From the NCBI GenBank assembly GCA_002104905.1, contig MCFE01000089.1, positions 62,001 to 126,000 on the forward strand: 64,000 nucleotides of DNA, in the 5' to 3' direction. Made by a program: the position numbers and the translations under genes. The notes beneath the pieces were generated by a model that worked only from the letters and a program-made list of their open reading frames with translations, did not search any database and was not told where the DNA came from. Shown piece after piece: positions 11,049 to 23,400 of the stretch (positions are counted from its first letter, which is position 1; each line of letters starts with the position of its first letter). Source of the stretch: Basidiobolus meristosporus CBS 931.73 (lineage: Eukaryota > Fungi > Basidiobolomycota).

Positions 11049-11933
11049 ATGACTTACTCATCTGAATGGTCTTTTCTCATCAATCCCATCACTACCACTG
11101 GATTTTCTTTTGACACACTAGAGGAGATCTATTCCAAGTACTGTGGACCATCAACCCCAATCTACTCAAGGAGATCCCTTTTTAAGCTTCTCTGCTATTA
11201 CAAGAACTATTGCCCTACAGGGTTTCATCCCACCATCCATGGCAACAAAAGTCCTAGAAGCTTTCATTCCCAGCTGACAGCAATGGGGAACCACCTTGCA
11301 GAGGGTATTAATGACTTAGAGCAAGCTTGGAATACTAGGTTCAGAAGCTCCAATAGACTTCTATATCCCAGAGTGTTCAGCAACAGGTTCCATATCAGGA
11401 GTATTTTGGATACCTTCCCAGTGAGGATTAACAGACCTTCTAGAGGGCAGAGGCACTTTTATTCTGGCAAGTACAAGGCACACTGTGTGAAGTTTCAAGC
11501 ACTGTCTGACATTGAGGGTAACATCATCTGGTTTAGTGGGCCATTTGCTGGAAGTAGGCATGACAAAGCACTCTGGGTAGAGAATCATCCTGAATTCAGT
11601 AGAGGGAAGAAATGTATGGCAGACTTAGCCTATATAGGAGAGGATTGTCAGAGATTGGGATGTATTACAGCTTATAGGAAGCCAAGGAATGGTGTGCTTA
11701 GCAGGAAGCAGAAGCTCTACAATGAGATATTTAATCATTTCAGAGTAAGGGTAGAGCACACATTTGGATATCTGAAGAGATTCAGCATATTGGCAGGTAA
11801 ATACAGAGGAAAGTCATATATAGGTGTAAACAGCAGAATAGGTAAAATAGTTAAGATACTTATTAATGCACAGTATGTTCATACAAGAAGACATCCACTG
11901 AGAGAAATGTGTCTGGAGCATTATGAAGAGTAA
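11049..11933 (+). CDS. DDE transposase, Harbinger/IS5-like (DDE_Tnp_4 type), intact 294 aa
   Basis: ILDTFPV (D), YSGKYKAHCVKFQ, GPFAGSRHD, MADLAY (D), RVRVEHTFGYLKRF (E). Confidence 0.9.
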   Translation: MTYSSEWSFLINPITTTGFSFDTLEEIYSKYCGPSTPIYSRRSLFKLLCYYKNYCPTGFHPTIHGNKSPRSFHSQLTAMGNHLAEGINDLEQAWNTRFRSSNRLLYPRVFSNRFHIRSILDTFPVRINRPSRGQRHFYSGKYKAHCVKFQALSDIEGNIIWFSGPFAGSRHDKALWVENHPEFSRGKKCMADLAYIGEDCQRLGCITAYRKPRNGVLSRKQKLYNEIFNHFRVRVEHTFGYLKRFSILAGKYRGKSYIGVNSRIGKIVKILINAQYVHTRRHPLREMCLEHYEE

Positions 11934-12089
11934 ATAAAGCAAGGAAAGCACTATTCTGAGCAACATAAGTAAGATTGAGTAAAATTACCAGTAACTGTAT
12001 CATACCACTGGCATCATGGTAGAAATTATAGTGCCAGATAGTGCTGTAGAGTGCCAGATCAATCCAGCACCATAAACAGGCTGGCACTA

Positions 12090-12116
12090 TGTGGCACTAT
12101 CCAATGGAACAAGTCT
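12090..12116 (+). repeat. Right terminal inverted repeat of the Harbinger-like element
   Basis: TGTGGCACTATCCAATGGAACAAGTCT; matches the ends of both MITEs. Confidence 0.9.
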
Positions 12117-12119
12117 ATT

Positions 12120-13250
12120 CACCAGCTTTGGACCAGTCATGGCTACTGTAGAGCAGATTTACAGCCCTATATTTGCTGCTATCTTCAGATCTATGGTCCT
12201 ATAACAACTGCCTCATAGTCAATGTCATTGCTAACAATTGATATGCATCAATGCTGAAGCACAGGGACTCTGTATTTAAGGAGAATTCATATTCAAAAAC
12301 TACTGAGATATTTGGCCAGCTGCCTGATAATACAATCACCTCAAGTGAAGAAAATATATACATGATGCAGTCTGATGCTGAAGGAAACCGTACCAGTTCT
12401 ATATCAGAACATACCATCCAATTTAGGAAATCTTAAGAATATTACATAGCAATGGAATTTGGTGCCTGACATCCAATGAACTTGGACTTACTTTTTCTGC
12501 ATCATTAGCCAAACCCAGAAACAATAATAGGCAATGAAGAATCTAGATGTGGCTATAACTCAAGCTGCAAGTGTACTTATCACTGATCAAGGCAAAAAAT
12601 AGATATTATTGCAACTTTTATAAGTGTTACAGATTATTTCAGCTTGTCAAGATTTAAAGTGCCTTCTACCTGCTTGTAGCTATTATGAGGCTGTCTGCAT
12701 AAAGTACCAGGATGATCACTCCCTTTTTAAGCTGCTTTGCATATAGACTGCAAGCTGCTTTGCTAAAAATGAAACTAATTTCTTTAGATTTGTTGAACTT
12801 CTTCTAGCATGCTCTGGAAGCCTGTTCAGGCTCACAAAACAGTTTTCTGAGGAGTTTCATCTTATAGGGGCCTGTTGGGCTGGTAGAGCCCTCTGGTTGC
12901 TTCAAGTATATAAATTCCTGCAGATCAGTGCTCAGGAAGGCTGTTTTAACTCCCATTTGGCATAGATCTTGACTGTGTACAACTTCAAGGGTTAAAACTG
13001 TCCTACTGGAGGAAAACTTGGCTATTGCAGAAAATGTCTCCTTGGAGTCTAGTCCCTGAATATAGGAATAGCCTTTAGCAAATAATCTAGCATTGTACTT
13101 ATCAATGGTGCCACATGAGGTTGTACAGATTTTGTAGACCTGTCTATATTGTATGAACTCCCTCCTATTTGGTGAATCTACCAGCGCCCATGGCTTTGCC
13201 TTGGTCAGTAATTAGCACTCTTCCTGCATGGCTTGATGCCCCACAATAGC
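12120..13250. pseudogene. Rearranged copia remnants (integrase-RT linker on plus, RT start on minus)
   Basis: 12250-12420 resembles 4170-4310; 13020-13240 resembles 20-250. Confidence 0.65.
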
Positions 13251-16200
13251 AACCCTAAGGATCTGCTAGTTCATTTGCCAGCTAATGCTACTGGCACTAA
13301 TATACTAATAGGCAAAACATATCAGACCAGACTATCCCAATTAGGAGTGTTATGGTCTACCACTTGAATGTTTAAGTTAGATCAATTTTAGTTAATCAAT
13401 TAGTATATATTTTGTCTGTTAATATATCAGTATTATTTATCCAATCAGTAGCATTTGTCAGCAAAAGAACTAGCAGATCCTTATCAGAGAGGAACAGATA
13501 TATCAAGCTGGATCTTATTGGGTGATGATGATGCAATAAAATGAGTTATTAGCCACAACCTACATTAGGAAATACAATCAGTCAGCAATTGATCTGGCAA
13601 AATGTATATAAGGAGCTGCTGGAACCTCAATAAAAATCAGTTCAAGTTCTAGTGAATACAATACAAGCTAAACTCCATATTCCACTACAACTCTTATATC
13701 AAGACTTGTAACATTGGTAGCAGCAATCACCAGAAACATCCCTCACAGAGAAAGAAGTAGCCTCCCTCAAGATGTCTCAAAATCAAGAATGGAAGAATGC
13801 TAGGCAGCATATCCTGGGCCAGCAGTAACAGTTACTTCAGATCCTTAGCCAGCAGCAACAAGGAATGACCACCATGGCCCCAAGCCAGCAAAGCCCTGTT
13901 AAGAGCAACTTTAGTGTGAAGGTCAACTGGTGCCATGGTAGAGTCAATTAACACTGGGAAACTTGTCTCCTCCAGATTGAAGAAGCTTTCAAGGCAAAAG
14001 GAACTCCTCCCAAAAGCAAGTTACATTATGCAGCCTCTTACCTGGCCAATGCATCTTTACAGTGGTACCACAACAAGATCAGGTCAGCCACCATGATGCA
14101 ATGCTCTACAATCTCAACCTGTGATGAGTTTGTGTTGAAAATTCAGCATGCTTTTGAACCTCCACACCAGCAGACACTGCTAATAAGAAGGTTGAAGACA
14201 CTCAGACAGAGAGGAATGGTTCAAAAGTACATATATGAATATAGATGTCTACTTGAACCAATTGGAAGAATGGGCCCACCAAATCAAGTGGAATACTTTA
14301 TTGATGGGTTGAAAGAGCAAACTTGCAAGGAAGTGGATTATCAAAGACCCCAGACTATTGAAGAAGCCATCAAGATTGCCATTGGCTATGACTCAGCTAT
14401 GCTTGGAGTTGGGAAGCCTACAATGACCAATCAGAGAAGCTACTATCACTATGAAAGAAGACAATCAGAAGCAGTGCCAATGAAAATAGATGCTATGCAG
14501 CAGAATCCTACCTCAGAAGAATGTAAGAAGAAAGGACTTTGCTTTAACTGCCACCAGTAAGGACATATTGCAAAGTGCTGCCCTCAGAGAAAAAATCAAC
14601 AGCAGCCATCAAGAACCTTCAGCCATATTGAGGCCCTTGAATATAGAAATGTGGGGGATGAGTTTGAAGAAGACTCAGAACTCACCTTCCATATGTAAGT
14701 AGAATACCTATCCCAGATGACCTCAAACTCAGGAAAGCTACTGTACTTGAATGGCGTAATCAATTGAGTATCTGCAAAGATCATGAATACATGTGGAATA
14801 AACTTGATTTAAAGCTGAAATCAACTTGCAACCCACCAAATCAACCTCAGTCTGAACAGCCAATGGGAAATCTCATATAATCAACTTACTCAGCCATGGA
14901 TGAAGATCTATGATTATGATGAAGACCTACAGGTCAATATATTTGGGAGCGGCAAGTTTGTCCTTGTACCTGGAAAAACCTGGTTATTTTGTTGTAATCA
15001 ATCAATCTACAGGAGGACTCATTCTACTCAGATCCAGAAGGAAAACAAGACCTATGAATTTATTACCTGCCATATTGGAATTTAACCTAGTCAATTCCAG
15101 TGTATGAAACATGTGAACTTAGTAAGACACAGCTCTGTGGAGCACTTAGAAAAGGTATCCACATGTTCCTTGTTAGAAGTCTTGGTATAAGAGTTGTAGA
15201 GGAATAGAGAGTTTAGCTACTATTGTATTCACCAAAACTTGCACTGATCTTTATTAAGGTTCTAGCAGCTCCTCATATATATTTTGCCAGATCAATTGCT
15301 GAAAAATTTTATTTCCTAATGTAGGCTGTGGCTGATGACTCAGTTGATTGCATCATCATCACCCAATAAGATCCTACTTAATACATCTATTTCTGTCTTA
15401 TAAGGATCCGCTGGTTCATTTGCTGACTATTGCTATTAATTTGATAAATAATACTGATATACTGATAAGCTGAACATATAACTAATTGATTTGACTAAAA
15501 ACTGATCTAACTTAAACATTCAAGCAGCAGATCATAACATTCTCCCTGCCAAAGTTGAGAGGGTTCTCCTGAATCTCTTTTCTTGTGATACCAATATCTT
15601 GATGGTTCAGTATTATCAGCAAGTCTTGCAAGCTGGAGTCTGCCCTATGCACTAAGTCTTCTTGGATATTGCCTTGTTTGTCCACTAGTTGGTAAGTTGC
15701 AAATGGACATTCTCTGATGAGCTTGAATGGTCCTGTCCATTGTGGCTCAAACTTCTTCCAAGTGTTGTTACTTAGCAATACAAAGTTTGCAATAGTCAAT
15801 GTCAATGCTTCTGGTGCTATAGTCTTATCAAATCTCTGCTTTGTCTTTTCTGCACTTTGAGATACTCTGGTCTGTGCCTCTTGACATCTTTGTTCCAGCT
15901 GCCGGTGTCTACTTGGCTGACTGAGATCATCTTCTAAGGTGTCTGTAAGCTTTGGTTATGTGAGATCTCCTGGAATCCTTGGTTCACATCCATACACTAA
16001 GTAAAATGGCAATTGCTGGGTGGTGTTGTGTAATCTGACTCTGCATGCAAAGAGTGCTTGGTCTATATAATCATCCCATCTACTGACAACTTCATTTGCA
16101 TACTTGGTCAGCATTTTTCCAAATAGTCCGTTGAACAGTTCAGTGACTCCATTAGTTCTGGGGTGATATGCCAAGGTTTACAAGTGTTTGATCTACTGCA

Positions 16201-19200
16201 TTTCCAGGTAAGCTTCCAATGTCTTTGCCATCAAGTTTGCACCTCTATCAGATAGAATCTCTACAGGGCATCTAAACTTTATAAGGATCTCATGATAGAT
16301 GAAACTTTTAACTTCTTGTTCACTGGCTATAGATACAGCTTTAGCCATTGGCCATTTAGTGGCATGGTCAATTGCTACTAGGATCCAACAGTTGCATTTC
16401 CTAGTGGTTGGCAGTCTTTCAATAAAGTCAATTCCCCATCTTTCAAATGGTTAACAGGCTCCAAGGGAAAGATTTCAGCAATTCTCTGTGGTTGGCCTTG
16501 ATTGATTTGGCAATTGAGCATGTTTTCACTAGCTTCTCAAAGTCTTGTTTTGTTCTGTGCCACCATGCCCTGGCTTTCACAAGGCTATAGACTCCTTCAA
16601 TTCCAAGATGTCAATATCCATTGTGTAGCTTATGTATTAAATCCAGGCAAAAAAATAAGGGCAATACGCAATAGGGCTTCCATCAACAATTTGATAGAGT
16701 GTTTCATCATGTACTACAAATTTGCTGGCTTTATCCTGGATTATCTTCTTGATATCTTCATCCTTCTCATTAGGAATGGTTTGGTCCTCCAAGTACTCTG
16801 GTAATAGGCTAGGCCAATCTGATTCATGCACCAAGTTGAGTTGTGCAACTTGATCTAATCTTCATAAGGCATCAGTAACCATGTTGGTTTTTCCAGGGCA
16901 GTGGACAATCTCCAAGTCAAATTGCTAAATGTATTCACTCCATGTTGGCGTCCATCTAGAGAGTACCTTCTGAGTAAATTTATTCTTGACAGAGGCATGA
17001 TCAGTCTTTACAGTGCATTTAACTCCTTCAATATAGCATCTCCATGTCTTCAAACAGTGTATTATAGCAAGCATCTCCTTCTCATGCACTGGATAGTTTT
17101 ATTCTGCTGAGCTCAGTTTCTTGGATTCAAAGGCCACTGGGTAGTCCTTTCCCTTGTGTTCCTAGCTCAACAATCCACCATGGCATAGTCTGAAGCATCT
17201 GTGCACAGAGTACACTCTTTTCTGAAGTCAGGTATTCTTAAGCTTGGCAGCTTGGCAATTTCATTCTTCAGCATCTGGAAGGCAGTCTGACAAGCTATGT
17301 CCCACTTGTAGGTATTGTCTTTCTTGAGGATATCATTCAAAGGGGCTGCAATATTTGCAAAGGACTTGACAAATCTCCGGTAATAGGAAACCATTCCAAG
17401 GAATGATCTGAGCTCTGATATGCTATGGGGTGGCTTCAGATTCTTGATAACTTCAATCTTCTCAGGGTCTAGCATTAATCCTGTGCTAGTCACTATGTGT
17501 CCCAGATATTCAATGTGTTCCTTGAAAAATTCACACTTGGGTAGCTTGCCATAAAGCTTGTTCTCTCTTAGCTTCTTCAAGACCTTTTCAATATGCACCA
17601 AGTGATTCTCTTCTGTCTTGCTGTATATCAATATATCATTGAGGTGGATTATGACAAGCTTGTGTAAGTACTCCTGTAAGACAGTCAGCATCAGGGTCAT
17701 GAATGTTGCAGAGGTATTGGTGAGGTCAAAACTCATGTCTAAGTACTTGTAATGTTCATATCTGGTCCTGAATGCTGTCTTAGGAATGTCTTCTGGCTTC
17801 ACCCTAATCTGGTTGTATCCTGACATGAGGTCAATCTTGCTGAAAAAAGTGGCTCCATTGAGTTGGTCCAAAAGCTCATCAGTCCAAGGTGTGGGGTACT
17901 TATTCTTCACGGTAACTGAGTTTAGGGCTCTGTAGTCAATGCACATCCTAAGTGTTCCATACTTCTTCTTCACAAAAAGTACTGGTGCTCCCAAGGTGAC
18001 TTGCTGGGTCTGATAAATCCTTGCTCTGGCAACTGATCTATTTGTCTCTTCTTCTCTTCCAACTCCAATGAACTCATTCTGTAAGGTGTTTTACTCACTG
18101 GATGGCTCTCTCTTGTTTCAATGGCATGATCCATATCTCTGACTAGTGGTAGGCTTACAAGCTCATCTGGAAATACATCTGAATACTCCTTCAAGAGAGT
18201 CTGGACCTTCTGGGGTACTGGAGTAGAGGAATCCTCCTGTAATACTGCCATGAGAAACATCTGGGTGTCTTTTCATAGTGCTCTGCAGAACTGTGTCTTG
18301 CTAAGTTCACTTGTTTCACACACACTGGAATTTACCAGGTTAAATTCCAATATGGCAGGTAATAGCTCATAGGTCTTGTTGCTCTTCTGGATCTGAGTAG
18401 CATGGGTTCTCCAGTCAGTAGATGAATTACAACAAAATAGCCAGGTTTTCCCAAGTACAAGGTCAAACTTGCAGTTCCCAAATATATAGGCCTGTAAATC
18501 TACTTTGTAGTCATTGATCCTCATCCCTACTGGCTGAGTAATATGGTTGATTATGTGAGAGTTTCCATCAGCTATTGATACATAGCATCTATTTCCATTG
18601 GCCCTGCTTCTGATTGTCTTCTTTCATAGTGATATTAGCCTCTCTGGTTAGTCATTGAAGACTTCCCAACTCCAAACATAGCTGAGTCATGGACAATGGC
18701 AATCTTGATGGCTTCTTTGATAGTCTGAGGTCATCAATAATTCACTTCCTTGTGAGTTCTTTCTTTCAACCCATCAATAAGGTATTCAACTTGATCCAGA
18801 GGATCCACTCTTTCAATTTGCCCAAGTAGACATCAATATTCATGGATATACTCTTGGACCATTCCTTTCTGTCTGAGTGTCTTCACATTTTGTCTTGGTA
18901 GTGTCTGTTGGTGTGGGAGCTCAAAGACATCCTGAATTTCCAACACAAACTCATCCCAGGTAGATATTTTAGAGCATCGCATCATGGTGGCTTACCTGAT
19001 CTTTTTGTGGTACCACTGTAAAGCTGCATCTGCCAGGTAAGAGGCTGCATAATGTAACTTGCTTTCTGGAGCAACTTCCTTAGCCTTGAAAGCTTCTTCA
19101 ATCTGGAGGAGCCAAGTTTCCAGGCTTTCATCAACTCTACTATGGTACCAGTTGATCTTCACACTAAAGTTGCTCTTAACAGGGTTTTGCTGGCTTTGCG

Positions 19201-19201
19201 C

Positions 19202-20272
19202 TGTAGTGGGGTGACAGTGACACCCACTGACAGATGTGCTCATTCCCTTATTTTCTACTTCCCTATATCCCTACTACACTCATTTTAGTTTTATCCCATT
19301 TGTCTTACCCAATCAGTACTATCCCATAAGCCGGTTGACTATCACACCTGCTTACCTTATTGCATAAGTTACCCCTCACTTTATGTAAGATTACTAGTTA
19401 CAAGTGCTTCTATATTAGGCAAGTACCCGCGCCAGTACCCGTGACACATGATCAACCCATGTCACCATCCCTACCATTTCCATACCATATATGGTATCCC
19501 CATGTTACACAGGTTTCAGAATACTGATTCCTGATTGGTTGGATGTGCTGTCCCTCTTAGAACCTTCCAGCACCTACTTAGAACATTCTTAGGTCATTCT
19601 GATGTCATTAAGATTTCTATTGATATCCGGAACCTTCTGGAACACCATGATTAGTAATCACTTAGCCAGTAAGAAAAGTATATAAGGGAGGCTATCCCTC
19701 AACAATAAATCATCATCCCTTTTATCAATATACCAACTTGTTGATTAGTGTGATCACTGCTACCTGCTGCTACCTGAACTTCCAACCCTAGACCACAGGA
19801 CACCCCCAGGAAACCGTGCTGACAGCCAACTGACCTTGGAGGCACTACTTGTGAGGAATACTCAGAGTAGGTATCTTTTATTATATTTGATTCTTTCCCA
19901 AGTTTGTTCTTGTACAGGCAAAGATACTTTTCTGTCTTTGTAACTATTGACCAAAGCTGCATTCTTATCAAGCCCCTGCTGGTGGAGTTTACAGTTGTTT
20001 TGACTTTGGAAGCTTTAGTACATTGTCATCTCAAAGGACGCTGAACCCAGCACATACTTTTGTTAAGACGCCAACTAAGTTGGGGATTGTAGCTCCATAG
20101 TTTTCCCTTGACAAGCTTGTGGCTTTATACCCCTTCACATTAGATTAGAGACAGAACCCAAGTATTCCTAGCAAGCTTTTGCCAGAGGTTATCGCACCCA
20201 GTGAACATCCCACACACAAAACACTTGAGAAGTGTTGGACGTATCTCTCCCTTGGACTTATACACCACCACA
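19202..20272 (+). repeat. family A 5' LTR
   Basis: TGTAGTGGGG...CACCACCACA; TATAAG near 19681; AATAAA near 19704. Confidence 0.95.
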
Positions 20273-20276
20273 TAAT

Positions 20277-20294
20277 TGGCACCCAACATGGGGG
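20277..20294 (+). other. Primer-binding site, tRNA-Lys(CUU) type
   Basis: TGGCACCCAACATGGGGG versus canonical Lys1,2 PBS TGGCGCCCAACGTGGGGC; both internal mismatches are CpG to CpA. Confidence 0.75.
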
Positions 20295-20412
20295 GTTCAT
20301 ACAAGCTCCCTAGGACCCAACAAGATTTACCTGAAGATTTGAGCTGTTATCCACCTATTGAAAAGAGACTACCGATATTACCAAGATTACAACGCCAACC
20401 TACCTGCCCAAC

Positions 20413-23400
20413 ATGAACTCTATGCCATTACCACTCTCACATGGAGCCCCACAGTTTGATGGAAAGAATGTGGAAAGCTTCATATTCAAATGGGAGAAGC
20501 TCTGCAAGATGTGCAGTCTATCTGAACAAGAAATGGCTGAAGACTTCCCCTACTACTGCACCAATGATATTACCACTAAGCTTCTCAGACAAGGAGACAT
20601 TCTCACTGACTGGGCCTTAATGAAGACCTACCTACAGACCGAGTATGGTAGACCCCAGATATACTATGGAATTGAAGACCTCAGGCACTTTGGAAGAACT
20701 GGACTTTCCAAGCTACCACTTGAAGAGTTCATTCAACAGTATGAAGATATGGCCAAGCCACTCCTAGAGTCCCAGGCTATAACTGAGTTTACCATGACAC
20801 TTTACCTTGCACAAGGGCTTCCCCAGGACTTGGCAAGGAAAGTTGACTTGTATGCAGCCAAGGATGACAAGTCTGGCATTCCTTGCTTTGCAGAGATGAA
20901 ACGTGTTCTCCTAGAGGCAAAGCAAACTTCTACCTTTATGAGACTCCTGACATCTAATCTGCCAGACCAGTCAACCAAGGAGCCAAGGAGTGCTGCTGCT
21001 GACAATCAGGCCTACACTACCGACAGAATTGACCAACTTGCTGAACAGCTACAAAAGCTAGCCCTCAAGATTAATGGCTCAGCTGAGGTTGCTACTGAGG
21101 GACAAAGACCTTTGCCCAGGCACTGCATCTGGTGTGACTCTACTCAGCATGCCAGACAAGAATGCTCAGAGCTTAGCCAGCTACTCAGAGAAGGAGCAGT
21201 ACAGTTTGATGCTGATGGAATGCTTGCTGACAAGGAAGGAAGAAGGATTCCCACTAATTTCCAAAGAGGAGGGATGAGAGCCCTTTTCCAGAAATCTGAC
21301 TCAGCAGCCAGAAAGATTACTGTTGATGCCCCTATTGGGACTCATAAAGTGAATTCAAGCAGCTCTGACAACAGACAATATGAAGTTGATGCCTTTGCTA
21401 CCAAAAGACACCTCCCTGAAGAACCTGCCAAACCCATCCTTAGAAGACCACGATTTGAAGAACCTGAATTTGTTATTGACAAGAGGCCTAGTATGCTGCC
21501 CACCCAAGATCCATTGCCTCACTTTCAGATGACCTCAAAGATAGCAAGCTACTCAAGCCCTCAACTGATTACTGAGAAGCTGCTGAAGCAGAACCTCACT
21601 TTGTCGGTTGGAGAAATCATGAGTGTATCCCCATCTGTTAGGAAGACCTTTGATGAGCAGCTTAGAACAAGACGACAAGCTGTTGAACATATGGACACCC
21701 ATATAATTCAGACAAACCATGAAGACCACCAACAGGATGACAACACTACTGAATATAAGACCTTTTATTCAGTTGCAACTGCTGTGGTAAAAGGGTATAT
21801 ATATGATGACCCTGTTGACTGCCATATTGACAGTGGCTCAGAGATTTGTGTTATGCCGCTAGACTTCTGGAAGACACTTAAAAGCAAGGAGCTACTGCCT
21901 GTTGACAGAGATATTGGATGGAACATGACCGATGCAAACTCAGGATCTAGTCCACTCTATGGTGTAGTACACAAGTTCCCTATTGAGGGACAAGGAATCA
22001 AGGTCTGGCTTCCCCTCTTCATCTGCCAGAAGGCAAACTTTGACCTACCGCTAGGTAGACCATGGGAGACCAGTACTAAGGCTACAACTACCAACTATTC
22101 CGATGGGTCAGTATGGTACACCATACAAGGATCCAATCCAGGACTACAGTCAACCTTCTGTGGTGTAACACCCAACAATAAGAGGACACATACTGCTTGC
22201 CAGAAGGCACATCTTGTTATGGAAGAAGATGAAGAGCCTGACAATATACACCTCAACATTTGGAGCTGCTCATTAGGTATACAGGAGCAAACAGCTATGG
22301 TTCGAACAAAATACAAGACAGTAGAACAGAAGATTAGACCATCACTTACACCTTTGACTGATGGATCCCGACCTGCTGATTACATTAGACCACCAGAAGA
22401 AACACCAGATGATACACGACTTACACCTGAGAGACTTAAGCAACTTATCATTGGTGATGGAAACCTTACACCAGAGGAGATACTATTATTTAAGGAGACC
22501 TTGAAAAGGCATGATAAGGTCTTCTCATATAATGACAAGGAGATGGGACTCTTAAAGACATCGGTTGAAAAACCCATCAAGATTCATACAGTGCCCCACA
22601 CACCCTGGTCATTTAAGCCTTACCCACTGCCCAGAGGACTCCAAGCTGATGTGCATGACCTACTTAAGAAGAAGATAGAAGCTGGTATCCTAGAACCTTG
22701 CCATGGACCCTATGCTAACAGATGGTTTGTGACCAAAAAGAAGAATGGAAAGCTCCGATTCATTCAAGACATGCAACCTGCAAATGCTGTCACTATCAGA
22801 GATGCTGCTATATCTCCATCTATTGATGACTTTGCAGAAAGCTTTAGTGGCCACTCCATCTACTCAACATACGATCTCTACTCAGGATATGACCAGATTC
22901 CCCTTGATGAGACATCAAGAGATATGTTTGCACTACAGACACCATTTGGACTATTAAGGATGACAAGACTCAGCCAAGGGGCTACAAACTCCGTGGCTCA
23001 GTTCCAGAGATGCATGGTGAATGTGCTATACCAGTTTATACCTGAGAAACTTGCTGTCTTTGTGGATGACATAGGCATCAAAGGATCAAAATTCCGGGAC
23101 ACCACTGAAGTTATGCCTGGAGTAAGAAAGTTTGTCTATGACCATATTGCAGACAATGATGCCATATTAGGAGCCATTGAAGAAGCTGGACTCACCATCA
23201 GTGGTGAGAAAAGCAGCTTTGGTGTATCAGAGATATCCATTGTTGGACAAAAATGCAACACCTTTGGTTGCTCACCTGGAGACTCCAAGACACAAAAGAT
23301 ATGCAACTGGCCTACCCCCACAAATCTAACACAAGCTCGTGGCTTTGCGGCAGCTTGTGGGTTCTTTAGGATCTGGATCCCAAGATTTTCTGAGATAGCA

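Larger units (their letters stand above)
9456..12116. mobile_element. PIF/Harbinger-like DNA transposon, left end truncated
   Basis: Two divergent ORFs (Myb/SANT-like and DDE transposase); right TIR 12090-12116 followed by ATT; subterminal TGGCAC/GTGCCA repeats; no left TIR found. Confidence 0.8.

Noticed and set aside
19699-19971. 90-aa antisense ORF (MIRMQLWSIV...) recurring at 25802, 28711 and 57206
   Set aside because: It recurs only because it lies in copies of one LTR. It starts at TTG, is broken in the 28711 copy and has no recognisable motif.
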